Both the position numbers and the translations under genes were made by a program. Positions 1 through 12,469 of a stretch of 64,000 nucleotides of DNA are shown piece after piece. The stretch lies in contig OX597815.1 of the NCBI GenBank assembly GCA_951406725.2, positions 129,394,001 to 129,458,000 on the forward strand. Reading direction: 5' to 3'. This DNA comes from Octopus vulgaris. Its lineage: Eukaryota. The notes below the pieces were generated by a model. The model saw only the letters and a list, made by a program, of their open reading frames with translations, was not told the origin of the DNA and did not search any database. Every line of letters begins with the position of its first letter. The first letter of the stretch is position 1.

Positions 1-66
1 GCAAAGTGCTGATCATTGGTGTAGTTGTTATTTTAGAACTGAGAATAGTAAGTAGTATTTATTGTA

Positions 67-255
67 CATCATCATCCTCATTTAATATCTGTTTTCCATG
101 CCGGCATGGGTTGGACATTTTGATAGGAGGTGGCAAGCCAGAGGGCTGCACCAAGTTCCAGTTGTCTGTTTTAACATGGTTTTTATGGCTGGATGCCCTT
201 CCTAATACTAACCACTTTACAGTGTGTAGTGGGTGCTTTTTATGTGATGCCAGCA
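67..255 (-). mobile_element. RTE LINE 3'-tail copy (non-coding)
   Basis: (CAT)n followed by ttttccatgccggcatgggttggac...ggctggatgcccttcctaat; reverse complement of the 3' end of the RTE at 12000-12170. Confidence 0.8.
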
Positions 256-734
256 CTGTAACACCCAGCAAAAATATTATTCTGTAGAAATAGAAGTCAA
301 AACTCCCTCAAGTAACTCTTGTCTTAAAGGAAGGAAAGATGCATTGAGTATTTACTCAATAGATTGTTGTGACTAAAATTCCTTTGACTTTAGATTCGCT
401 TGATCAGAGTTGTCTTGTGGATAAATGAAAACAGATGCAGTTTTTAGTTATTCCACCTTGCTCTCCAAGTTGGGTTTGAATTTAATTTCATCACGCTTTG
501 GTCCATAAAATATCTTTGTCATTTCTTTCAAATTTGTGACCTTGTGAAAAATCATTATGCCAATGTGAAAAGTCATTGCAGACTTGTAGCCTTGGTCAAT
601 TCTGCTCAGTAAATATAGCAATAATATTACTTACTGATCAAATGTGATTGTTAAACTCAATACCTTTTTGATACACAGAAATAAGACCTGCTTCATGTCA
701 ACTGGTTTTGATGCTGGTCACCAGGTTTTATATG

Positions 735-885
735 AAGGTGAATGGCCTAGTGGTGAGGATTTTATACTCAAGATTATAAGATTATCGGTTCACTTTCTAG
801 TCCAGGTGGTACATTGTGTTCTTGAGGAAGACACTTCATTTCATTCTTGCTCCAGTTCACTTACCTGCAAATGAGTTGCAGCAGT
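735..885 (+). mobile_element. Degenerate tRNA-derived SINE fragment
   Basis: tggcctagtggt head followed by gtgttcttgaggaagacactt...ttgctccagttcactt; related to the minus-strand copy at 31400-31860. Confidence 0.55.
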
Positions 886-915
886 AGCTGGGAAGTTAAC
901 TCTGTGAGAGACTGA

Positions 916-1013
916 TGTCACATTCAGGTGTGTGTCAGGTGAATGTCATAGTCTCATTCACTTGTGTCACATTCAGATGTGAGTGGGGGTAAATGTCATA
1001 ATCTCATTCACTT
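916..1013. repeat. Tandem duplication of ~49 bp (2 copies)
   Basis: tgtcacattcag...aatgtcatartctcattcactt occurs twice in tandem. Confidence 0.75.
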
Positions 1014-2289
1014 ACATGACCTGGAAAGTAAGTTTCCAAATTTATATTGTGAGAAAATACTCATCTTAAGATTCTGTCCTCAGATCCTGTGATTTTCAGT
1101 TTAAATTCACTGATAGTTTGTTTAGTTACAATTTAATTACAAGGAGATAAATAAACAGAAAAGGAAAAGAAAGGAACAGGATTAAGCAACAGATGGGAGC
1201 AAAACAGAGGGAGCAAAAGGTGCACACTCTAGAATAAATGGTATGTTTAGTTGTACTCCATAGTCATGACTGCAATAGCACTGTTAAGGAGAATGGTCAG
1301 TGACACTTAATGCAGCAGCCTCTGTACCACACAGGGTTCATTTCTCATTTGTTTAGGGAGATTTGACTGTTGTATTCAGCAGATCAAGCTACACTGTAGA
1401 AAACTTGATATTATGAGCCATTGTAAGTGCTCCAGTTTTCAGTCCAATGTTTGTGTGGACAGGAAAATGGAAACCCAAAACTTCTGATATTTATATATTT
1501 TTTCTGCCATAAAATTCACTGGCAGTAAACGTTTATATGTATACATGGCTAGACACCAAGAAATATCTTGGAATTATTTTTCCTATCTTCTAAATTTTAT
1601 TTTCATTCTATGTTTTTGTCTGCAATATGAAATTTTTTTTATTTAAATGTTGTATCAGAAATTTATTTATATTTCATTATCTCAATTTACTCACAGCATG
1701 CCAAGACACTTCAAATGATTCATCTTAATTAAATGACGGTACCTACATATGAGGTATCAAAAGTTGTATTATTTCTGAAGAAAATTAAGTAAATCTTTAC
1801 TGAACATTAGTTACATCTTGTTTTAACATTTGTGTTTGAATTTTCTCAATTTTTTTTATTGTCATAATAAATTTTACACCTGTTTTATAAGTTGGCATGA
1901 GTATTTGTAGAATTTGTTTTCTCTAATGTATTTTGTTAATGTTTTGATAGCTTGATCTTCTAAACTGTCTAATTATCTTGAAAAAATTATTTATAATATC
2001 CTGTAACCCACTGTATTTATTTTGGGGTACTATCTTTAAGATTCTGTCTTCATGGAGAGATTCTAAGATGTAAAATGACTTAGGCCTATGGGAGGCTTTT
2101 AGTTCAATATTACAAGCCTAATGACTCAGTCATCAATTATACATGGCAAATCTCACCAGCTCATACTAATGTATATGTTCAAGCATGCATGCACACAAAT
2201 ATGTACTCTTCATGTACATAAATCCAGGTATGCAAGCATGCAACAGATTTATACGTGCGTGTGTGTGTATGTATGTACAAGTATGTATG

Positions 2290-2323
<34 letters not shown>

Positions 2324-2357
2324 TGAGCATACATTTATGTTGTGTATGTATATATAG

Positions 2358-2388
<31 letters not shown>

Positions 2389-2463
2389 TGAGCATACATT
2401 TATGTTGTGTATGTACATATATGTATTCATGAACCCCTATGCACATGAATGTCTATACATATA

Positions 2464-2833
2464 GGCACAGGTATGGCTGTGTGGTAGGAAGTTTACTTCC
2501 CAACCACATGGTTCTGGGTTTGGTCCTACTGCATGGCACCTTAGGCAAGTGTCTACCGCTATTTTCCCGAGCTAACCAAAGTCTGGTGAGTGGTTTTGGC
2601 AGATGGAAATGGAACAAAGTGTGTGTGTGTGTGTGTATTTGTCCCTCAACACCATTTGACAACCAATGTTTTTTTTTTATGTCCCTGTAACTTAGTGATT
2701 CAGTATAAGAGATTGATAGAATAATTACCAGGCTTAAGAAAACTGAGTACTGGGTTGATTCGTTTGACTTAACCCCTTGAAGGCAGTGCCCCAGTATGGC
2801 TGCAATTCAATGAGTGAAACAAGTAAAAAGATA
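2464..2833 (+). mobile_element. tRNA-derived SINE, family A (CORE-like; resembles octopus OR-type SINEs)
   Basis: A-box tggctgtgtggt, B-box ggtt(c)agtccc, CORE-like ggcaccttaggcaagtgtct, internal (TG)n, 3' gaaacaagtaaaaag; many homologous copies in the window. Confidence 0.85.
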
Positions 2834-3769
2834 AGATACATGTCCATATGGCACATCATACATAAACATTTATGTTGAAAGTATGTACAAATATGTATCT
2901 TTGTATATATGCATATATATGCAGAAGCATACATGCATAGATGTTCATATGTTTGAAAATGTGCATTGCCGTATGTACAACTCATGTTCTCACATATGCT
3001 CATGAATGCACATTCACTAAGATGCATTTGTGTGCACTGCTTAGTAAAAATAGCTCCACTATGCACATATGTCTCTACTGCAATAATATTGTGTCTAAAA
3101 TTTCATTTGTGATTGCTATAAGGCTGTCACTAACCTACCTACATTATGTATATTTATATATATTCAATCAGTTTGCTAGAAACAAGGACCAAATCTCTTT
3201 CAAATTACACTCTGTTATCTTAAAGGATACACTAGATATTGTGGTTCCTGATATATGAAAAGTCATGTTTGGATCATCTTTGAAGATGAATTTACTTGAT
3301 CAGAATTGACGTAGGTTTGAATAATGCTGCCAAGTGGAATGTACTTAATCTTGCTACATTTCTTAATGTTTATCTATGTCAAAATTAGGTTTTCTTTTAC
3401 ACCTGTAGAAAAGATTGCAGCCACTTAGTCCTGTTTTGTTTTTCTTTCCTTATTTTCTGTAATCACTCCTAATCCATTCACCCCAGCTTAGTTAAATATA
3501 ATGATGATGATTTGGCTAATAAGCCACAAAAGCTCCAAAGCAGACAGACAGACAACATAATAGGACAAAATACAAACATGATGGTGATGGGGAGAAAAAA
3601 AAAGGTAACAAAAATAACAAATTTCTAACAAAAATATTGTCCAATGGGGGTGGGGAAAGCTGCAGGACTAATTAACTCTACAAAAGCCCTCGATGACTGA
3701 CCACCAAGGACAAGTACTCTCTCTCACCTGTAGGTGTCATTTTCTGGCACCTACAGGTGCATACTCAGA

Positions 3770-5580
3770 GTAGATAATTTTCCAATTTTGGATAGTCCGT
3801 TAGATTTTCCTTGCATTTTACCAATGGTTCCTTTATTGATCCCTTGAATAAGAATGGTAAAGTCCTCCTTAGTGGAGTAATTAATATTAAGGTATTTATA
3901 AAATAATTTCTTGCATTGAGAAGCAAAATCATGAATTTGGAAGCATGTTATGTAATTATTTGATCAGTATATGACTAGTTCTTCTTATCACACACCCACC
4001 CTCCACTTGATTTCATATGGCCTGAGAAAATAAAAGGATGTAATTAAATACCACAAGGTATTTAATACTTTTTTTCTTTCTACTGCTGCTCATACCACAT
4101 CAACACCTTAGTGTCAGGAATAGTAATAATCCTTTCTAATATAGGCACAAGGCTTGAAATTATGTGGGGAAGGGGATAGTTGATTGGATCCAGTACTCAA
4201 CTGGTACTTATTAGGTTGACTCCAAAAGGATGAAAGGCAAAGTCAACCTTGGTGGAATTTGAACTTGGAACATAAAGACAGGTGAAAGCATTTTGTATGG
4301 CCTGCTAAACAGTTCTGTGAGCTCACCACCTTAAATAATTCTTTCTACTATAGGCACAAAGCCTGAAAGTTTTGCGGGAGGGGTCTTGTTGATTATATCA
4401 ACGCCAATGCTCATCTGGTACTCATCGATCACAGCAGCATTTGAACCCTGAACATAAAGCTGGAAGAAATGCCAAGCATTTTGTCCAACACAGTTTGCCA
4501 TTTTAATTATAATTATGGTTTCAAATTTTGGCATCAATGGCAACAATATTTGATGGTTGTAGGCCCGTTACATCAACCTCTGTATTCAACCAGTACCTAT
4601 TTTATCAGCTTTGAAAGGTTGAAGGGCAAAGTTAATGTAAAGAGTCAGAAGAAATACCACTAAGATTTTGTCTGGCGCGGAAGCAATTTTGTAAACCTGG
4701 TTTACCTCATGCACATACAGAAGGAGAAGCAAAGTTAGTTAATTTCCAGTATGTTACCAAGACTAATTCCTCCAATTCTGGAAGGATAAAGTCCAAAGTC
4801 AACCCAGACAAGATTTGAACTCAAAAAGATATAGTCAAATATAGCAAAGCATTTTCTCTAAAACTTGGCCAATGCTGCTACTCTGCCTTAGGGTTGTTTG
4901 TACAAGGATGATCATGATCATCAACAACAGAGTTTCTTTAAATTCTTACTTATCTCTTCTCTGTCAAATTTCTGGTACAAAGTAAGAAATTCTGTGAAGG
5001 AAAGAGAACAGGTAATTTGTTGGACCCCACTTCCTGTCCAAGATTCTTTGAAAGTATGAAAGACAAAAGTTGACCTTAGAAGTATTTGAACTCACAACAT
5101 AAAGAACCAAAACAAAACAATTTTCTCTGATGCCTTAAGAATTCTGCTATTGCTTTTAAAAGCCTTAATTATTATTTTAAGGTTATTTTAGAAGGAAATT
5201 ATTAGCTGAAGTAGATTTACTGTTATATATAGAACAGGAGCAAAAAGGAAATATTTACATGGTCAATTGACCTGCTTGACATAGTAAATCACACCCTAAT
5301 GTGTTTGAAAAAGGAAAAGATGCATTAGAAAATGTAACCCTAAATATATCTAAGACAGGATGGTCACAGCTGGAATCAGATTGTAAGCCTGCTCCATCAA
5401 GGTTGACTTAAGGACTAAAAAGACAACTTGTACATACTTTATTGCCTATTAACTGATAGTAAATAAATGAAAGGTAGTTTATCTTTGGTAGGATTTGAAC
5501 TTTGAATATAGCAAATTAGAACTATACACCATTCTAAGACATTTAGATCAACACTCTATGATTTTACACTTAGTCACTTC
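3770..5580 (-). mobile_element. Stack of about 6 same-orientation tRNA-derived SINEs, family B (Nin-domain-like)
   Basis: Repeated motif ggtacttat...aaaggatgaaaggcaaagtcaacctt...atttgaact at ~4200, ~4440, ~4600, ~4790, ~5060, ~5470. Confidence 0.7.
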
Positions 5581-6044
5581 CTTCTGAGATAATAATAGCA
5601 ATAAAAATGATGGCGATGATAATTGTAATAGAAATAATGGGATTAATTGCTTACTCGTGATGTAATTGACTATTTTTAATGCTCTCTTTGTAGTTGCTAA
5701 CTTGAGTCCTTATGGTAGTTTGACCTTGCTATATCAATCAAGCCTTTCTTCAATGTATAAAATTAAATGTGTCTGTGTGTGTATATAGTCATTGTTTTAA
5801 CATTTACTACTCCATGCTTGCATGGGTCAGACAGATTTTGTTGAGGTAGATGTGTTAACCCTCACCTGTTTCCAAGCAATGTAAAAGTCTTAACCTATTC
5901 AAATAATAAATTAGCCTGGATATGGTTTACAAACCTCTTGTTTACAAAAGTCATGCAACATGTCAGAAGGCCCATGCATGCTTTTATGATTGATTGCAAG
6001 TATGCAACACTGCCTATGTTTAATAGAAAGGGTGTGTGTGTGTG

Positions 6045-6322
6045 AAGGTGTATTGCTCTGCAGTTAGCATGTCAGGCTCACAATCATGACATAGTGAGTT
6101 CTATTCCCAGACCAGCTGTAGAAATGAGTTGTGACATCACTGATGCCAAGATGTATCAGCCTTTGCCTTTCCTGTGGATAACATCAGAGGCATAAAGAGG
6201 GGAGGCTGGTAGGCATGGATGATTGCTGGTCTTCCATAAACAACTTTCTCTGGACTTGTGCTTCAGAGGGTAACCTTCTAGGTGCAATCCCATGGTCATT
6301 CATGACAGAAGGGGCCTTTACC
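6045..6322 (+). mobile_element. tRNA-derived SINE, family C
   Basis: tRNA-like head (gagttctattccc), body ending cccatggtcattcatgacagaagggg; second partial copy at ~56210-56395. Confidence 0.6.
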
Positions 6323-9074
6323 ATATATATAATGAAATAAATGGATCTCTTGCAGTCTTGATGATGAAGATTGTTGCTTGCACATGTTTACCCCAGCACA
6401 CTTCCTCAATTATATTACCTAGGCTCAAGTACAGGTCTTAGGTTATTGCTTCCTCTCTGTACTTATGGCATACAAGGCACTCACCCCTCTGTTATAATGA
6501 AAAGCCTGCCCTTCGCACTTAGTGATTAGTGGGTGAGTTGATGTCCCTTAGTCCTGTCTCATTGATGACTTGACAACCTCCTTATGCTGGTGCCACAAAA
6601 ATGCACCAAGTACACATAGGCACAAGGCTAGAAATTTGGAAGGAGGGAAACAGTGGATTATATCACCTGCCCTCCCCTCAGCTAAAAGGAAAGATGACAG
6701 GCAAGATGAACCTCAGTGGAATTTGAACTCAGAATGTAGTATTTCAAATTATGCTGTCCTCAACTTTGCCTCTCAACAATGATGTAAGTGATGGTTAAAA
6801 TTAATTAACACAAATGAGTAGAGAAAGCATAGGGCTGTAAGGTCCCATTAGCCCTGTCTTTCTGAGGACTTATAAAGCTTTCTAGTGCTGGTGCAATGAG
6901 ATAATATGCCATGTACACTTTGTAAAGTGATTAGTGAGAAGAATGTCACCTGACCTTAGAAACAACACCAATATGATATAGACTAGTACCAGTGTATGTA
7001 ACTGCTCCTAATTGAAAGCTGACATAAATTGATGGTAATGATGATAATAATGAGGTATGTATAAAATTAGGATGTGATTGTTTATTAAAACAATAGACCA
7101 TAGGCTGGATAAAAGAACCATAAACTAGTTGATAGTAAATTTAAATTCATTTAAATCTTTGTTGACAAATAGATTGTTTTGTTATGTAGAAACTTTGAAA
7201 AAACATTAGTTTGAATACTGAAATGTGTTTATTTATAGAAATTAAGAATTACAAAGATGAATAATAAGCAAGAAAGGGCAAAGGAGATGAAGTGAAATCT
7301 AATATGAATGTATTTTAGAAGAAACAAAATAAAGACAGATATATTTGAAAACTGAATATGAGAAATAACTCAAGTGTTACATCTGTTAGCAACCCAAATA
7401 TTAACATATACACATGCACACATATGCATGTATACACCTGCACACATACACACACACACAATCTGACTCATGATGTGTCTAGGACTATATTATTTTTCGT
7501 GTGGCTTTGATTAGTACTGAATGACAAATGAAATATTTCATTTACAGTATAATTAGAATGTAATATTCATACATCAATTTATCTCACCTTAAATTTGTTT
7601 TTCTATTATAGCTCATCGGAAAGTAATTTCATAGTAGAATGGAAACTTACTATGCTACAATTCTTCACCAGTTAAGATGTGAACAAATACTTGAAGCAAC
7701 AGGGAATTACACAGTTAGTTTGCAAGCACTTTGCCCACTTAATGGTGAAATTGTTCATATTTATTAACACTTGGAAATAATATATACGATTCCAACTTTC
7801 TCTTTCTTTTTGCGGATAAAAACAATTATTACTTTATTTTGGTAAGTTATACAATATTTTATTTGGCTCTAATTGAAATTGTTTTGAAGTTGTACTTCTT
7901 TTGATTTATAATTTTGACTAGTGGATTAGAATATCTGTGACTAGGCAGTCGCAGATCTACATTGGACAGCCTTTGATGATAATGTGGAATAGTATATCAT
8001 TTGGAACAGAACTTGAAGTAGGTAAAGCTATAAATAATAGCATGTAGAATATTGGTTTTTTAAAAAAAACAAAAAAAAACCATGAGTTGTAAAAGGTCAG
8101 TTGCCGAGAGTTCTACTGTTAAAAATGACTCTTCAAATCCCAGAAAGTTTCTAAATTCTTATAATGTAAAAAACATATCTCAGAGATGTATTTGTCTAGT
8201 AAGCAATTTCAGTGTGATAGACTCATCAACGATTCAAAAAGTGTTAACTGAACTTGAATATTATTTGGTGTTAAAATTTTCATTGCACCATCAGCAACTG
8301 ACACAGTTACACCGAGTTGCAGTAGAATTGTATCACTGACCAGGTCACAGTTCATGCGCTGAAAATTTTGGAACCAAATAGTGTTTATATAAAGTTGTCT
8401 TTATGTACTTTTGAATGGCCATCATGTGTCTTACATGTTGTAAAGATTAGCATAATATTTTGAAAGTATAACAAAAATTAGTATAATGATAAATGTGTGT
8501 TTTAAGTAATTATTATGATTATCATGATGCAAGATGTTATTTTTAATGAAAGAATTCACACAAAAACACTGAATCTTTAGAATCTATTCCTTGCTCATGT
8601 CTTCATTGTAAATGCATCTGGCATTTTTGCTAGCCACCCCTAGGATGTTTTTTTTTTTTGTCTCCCTCTGGATACATAGTGTTTTAAAATGCAGCATGTT
8701 CACAAGAGACTTTATCTCAGACAAAAGCTTCAGTATTTTGCCTGTCAACAGGGTAGATGCAATTAGAATTATAATATCGACTAAAACTAAGTTTGGTGAG
8801 ATTTGAAACCAGCAATGTTGCTGGAATGATAATTTAAAAAGTATTTATTTTGGCACTTTACCATTTCTACCAACTCACCGATCTGAATAATTGCCTCTTT
8901 AGCTTGCAGCACTAAATTCAAATCATCCAATAGACTTGAAGATAATAGGGAAACCATTCCAATGTTTTGTTTTTTTTAATTCTTCCTTTGAATCTTTACA
9001 TGAAGGCTGTTTTCCATAGTGGTAGTGATGCCCTAATGACCTAATATATTCCTGAACATCATTCTCTCTCATCT

Positions 9075-9488
9075 ACTATCTGTCTTTTTCTATGTCTATT
9101 TATCTATCTTTTTCTATGTCTATCTATCTATCTTTTTCTGTCTATCTTCTTTTGTCTGTCTATATATCTATCTATCTATCTTTTTCTGTCTGTCTATCTA
9201 TCTATCTTTTTCTGTCTGTCTATCTATCTATCTTTTTCTGTCTGTCTGTCTATCTATCTATCTTTTTCTATGTCTGTCTGTCTATCTATCTATCTTTTTC
9301 TATGTCTGTCTATCTATCTTCTTTTGTCTGTCTATCTATCTATCTTTTTCTGTCTGTCTGTCTATCTATTTATCTTTTTCTATGTCTGTCTGTCTATCTA
9401 TCTATCTATCTATCTTTTTCTATGTCTGTCTGTCTATCTATCTATCTTTTTCTATGTCTGCCTGTCTATCTATCTATCTTTTTCTATG

Positions 9489-9537
<49 letters not shown>

Positions 9538-9628
9538 TTCTATGTCTATCTATCTATCTATCTATCTATCTTTTTCTATGTCTATCTATCTATCTTTTTC
9601 TATGTCTGTCTGTCTATCTATCTCTGTC
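9075..9628. repeat. Compound (TCTA/TCTG)n microsatellite with TTTTTC spacers
   Basis: Directly visible; source of the spurious ORFs at 9092-9962. Confidence 0.95.
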
Positions 9629-9924
9629 TACCAAGCTGAAAATAGTGCTCCCTCTTCCTTCACATCTGAGTGGTTGCTACTCACATATGTATTCAACTGT
9701 AACACCTTTAACATTCCATTACAGATTTACAAACATTTCAGTACAACTCCTGCAACAGAAGAAAAAAAATGTCCAGCCCACCTATCTACCCATTTACCTG
9801 TCCCGCTTACTTCCCTGTCTGTTTACCTGTCTTCTTGCCTACATATCTACCTGTCTTCCCTTCTACCTGCATGTCTGCCCATCTGTCTGTCCGATAATAT
9901 CTCTAGATCTCTATCTCTCATCAT

Positions 9925-10062
9925 TATCATCATCATCGTTTAGCGTCCGTTTTCCATGCTAGCATGGGTTGGACGGTTCTACTGGGGTCTGTGAAGCCAG
10001 AAGGCTTCATCAGGCCCAGTCAAATCTGGCAGTGTTTCTACGGCTGGATGCCCTTCCTAACG

Positions 10063-10066
<4 letters not shown>
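9925..10066 (-). mobile_element. RTE 3'-tail copy, inverted relative to the adjacent LINE
   Basis: catcatcatcgtttagcgtccgttttccatgctagcatgggttggacgg...tttctacggctggatgcccttcctaacgccaa matches the reverse complement of 12025-12170. Confidence 0.9.
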
Positions 10067-10099
<33 letters not shown>

Positions 10100-10104
<5 letters not shown>

Positions 10105-11845
10105 CCTGCCAAATGTTGACCCAGTAGAGGGACCAGCTACCCGAATAGACAGCTCCCTTGTAGATAAGGCAATTAAGGATATGAAACCAGGCAAAGCCCC
10201 TGGCCTATCAGGAATCACTGCTGAGATGCTTAAAACAGCTGGCTATGTGGGCTATGCCATAGTCACCCGCATTGTAAACCAGGTAGTTCACAATGGAGTC
10301 ATACCCAATGACTGGTGCAGCAGCACCATAGTCAACTGCTACAAGGGTAAGGGTGATGCTCTAGATAGAAATAACTACAGAGGTATCAAACTGTTGGACC
10401 AGGTGATGAAGGTCTCAGAGAAGGTCATAACCAATCTCATTAGGGAGAGAATTTATTTAGATGAAATGCAGTTCGGTTTTGTACCAGGTAGAAGCACCAC
10501 TGATGCTATATTCCTGGTCCGACAACTGCAGGAGAAGTACCTAGCTAAAGATAAACCCCTCTACATAGCTTTTGTAGACTTGGAGAAAGCCTTTGACAGG
10601 GTTCCCCGTTCCCTTATCTGGTGGTCGATGCGGAAACTGGAGATTGAAGAATGGCTAATAAGGGCTGTACAGGCTCTATACAGAGAGGCTGTCAGCAAGG
10701 TTAGGATTGGCAACGAATATAGTGAAGAATTCCGGGTAGAAGTAGGTGTGCACCAGGGCTCAGCCCTCAGTCCCCTTTTATTCATCATAGTCCTTCAGGC
10801 AATAACAGAGGAATTCAAAACGGGATGCCCCTGGGAGCTCCTCTATGCCGATGACCTAGCTCTCATAGCAGAATCACTACCGGAACTAGAAGAGAAATTT
10901 CGGGTGTGGAAGCAAGGGTTGGAATCAAAGGGCCTTAGAATAAATGTAGCAAAGACCAAAGTATTAGTAAGCAGCAAGAGGTACTCAGCACACACCCCCT
11001 CGGGTAGGTGGCCCTGCTCAACCTGTAGGAAAGGTACAGGTAGAAACTCCATAAGATGCACCCAATGTAAGTTATGGACACATAAGAGGTGCAGCAACAT
11101 TAAAGGGAAATTAACAGATAAGATAGCTTTCATGTGCGGCAGATGCACAGGGACAATAGACACAACAGACACTCAGAAAACAGATTCCATCACACTCCAG
11201 AGAGAGAAACTAGAAGTAGTTGATAGTTTCCGCTACCTGGGTGACCAAGTTAGTAGCGGAGGTGGATGCACAGAGAGTATCACCACTAGAATACGAATAG
11301 CCTGGGCAAAGTTCAGAAAGCTCCTACCCCTACTGGCAACAAAAGGTCTCTCCCTCAGAGCAAAAGGTAGATTGTATGATGCATGTGTGCGAACTGCCAT
11401 GCTTCACGGTAATGAAACATGGGCTGTGACTGCAGAAGACATGCGTAGACTTGAAAGAAATGAAGCTAGCATGATCCGCTGGATGTGTAGTGTCAGTGTG
11501 CACGCAAGACAGAGTGTAAGCATCCTGAGAGAAATGCTGGATATAAGAAGCATCAGATGTGGTGTGCAAGAGTGACGCTTGCGATGGTATGGTCATGTGC
11601 TGCGGATGGATGAAGAGAGATGTGTGAAGAAGTGCCACTCCCAAACAGTTGAAGGTATCAGGGGGAGAGGTAGACCCAGGAAGACATGGGATGAGGTAGT
11701 CAAGCATGACCTCAGAGCATTGGGCCTCACTGAGGCAATGGCGAAGGACCGAGATCTCTGGAGGTATGCTGTGACTACAAAGACCCGGGCTGCTTTCTGC
11801 AGCAATTCCACATACCCCCTACCCCATACCCCCTACCCATTCTAA
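10100..11845 (+). pseudogene. RTE reverse transcriptase ORF: 582 codons, one in-frame TGA at 11573-11575, endonuclease missing
   Basis: Motifs KAPG, NYRGIKLL, QFGF, FVDLEKAFDRV, GVHQGSALSPLLF, YADD (10844-10855), GLRINVAKT, FRYLG; ORFs 10100-11575 and 11579-11845 are in the same frame. Confidence 0.95.
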
Positions 11846-11909
11846 GTACCCCGGATCCCCAAAGTACCCTGGATCCCCAAAGTACCCCGATCCCCAAAGT
11901 ACCCCGGAC
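11843..11909 (+). repeat. ~17-bp tandem repeat (aagtaccccggatcccc) x4 in the RTE 3' UTR
   Basis: Directly visible. Confidence 0.85.
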
Positions 11910-12225
11910 CTTGTTGCCCCCGTGCCGCTGACACGTTAAAAGCTCGAACCGATCGTGACCGATGCCGGACCCTCCGGCCCCTGTGCAGGTGGCACGTAAA
12001 AAGCACCCAATCCACTCACGGAGTGGTTGGCGTTAGGAAGGGCATCCAGCCGTAGAAACTCTGCCAGATTCAGACTGGAGCCTGGAGCGGCCCCTGGCTT
12101 CCCAGACCCGGTCGAACCGTCCAACCCGTGCTAGCGCGGAAAGCGGACGTTAAACGATGATGATGATGATATATGGAAAAAAAGTCAAGGTAGAAAATGC
12201 TAAAATAATTTTATAAAAAACATTT

Positions 12226-12261
12226 CAGTACTGGTTTCAGTCATTGAGACTTTTTCAACTG
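12226..12261 (-). ncRNA. Minimal type I hammerhead-like motif in pLTR (U3-A8 core)
   Basis: Minus strand: CAG TTGAAAA AGTC-tcaat-GACT GAAA CCA GTA CTG. Confidence 0.6.
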
Positions 12262-12469
12262 TAAGTATGGAAAACAATTAAATTTTGGAAAAACTAAAAG
12301 AAAAGTTTTTTCAAAGAATATTTGTATAGTATTCAAATACAAATGGCATTTCTCATGTTTTTGCCTGTCTCTGTCTCTTGTGGGTTCAAGATTGTTGTGA
12401 ATTCTTGGTAGGGAAGAAGAAGAACTCCCACAATGAACTCCCACGTCGCATCAAAAAAGAATTCATGAT

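Larger units (their letters stand above)
10100..12170 (+). mobile_element. 5'-truncated RTE-clade non-LTR retrotransposon (LINE) with 3' UTR and (GAT)n tail
   Basis: RT ORF, C-terminal RLRWYGHVLRM...RGRGRPRKTW typical of RTE, 3' UTR motif ggcgttaggaagggcatccagccgtagaaa, tail aaacgatgatgatgatgat; begins abruptly after (TA)n with no APE domain. Confidence 0.95.

Noticed and set aside
59-271. Recurrent peptide WLALGRASS in many short ORFs, suggesting a gene family
   Set aside because: Translation of the non-coding RTE 3' tail; frames and starts are not conserved among copies
7598-7847. Possible exon (tttttctattatag ... ttggtaagt)
   Set aside because: Stops in all three frames; a non-coding exon cannot be supported without transcript data
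9092-9962. ORFs of 283 and 230 aa
   Set aside because: Translation of a stop-free TCTA/TCTG microsatellite; low-complexity SIYL repeats
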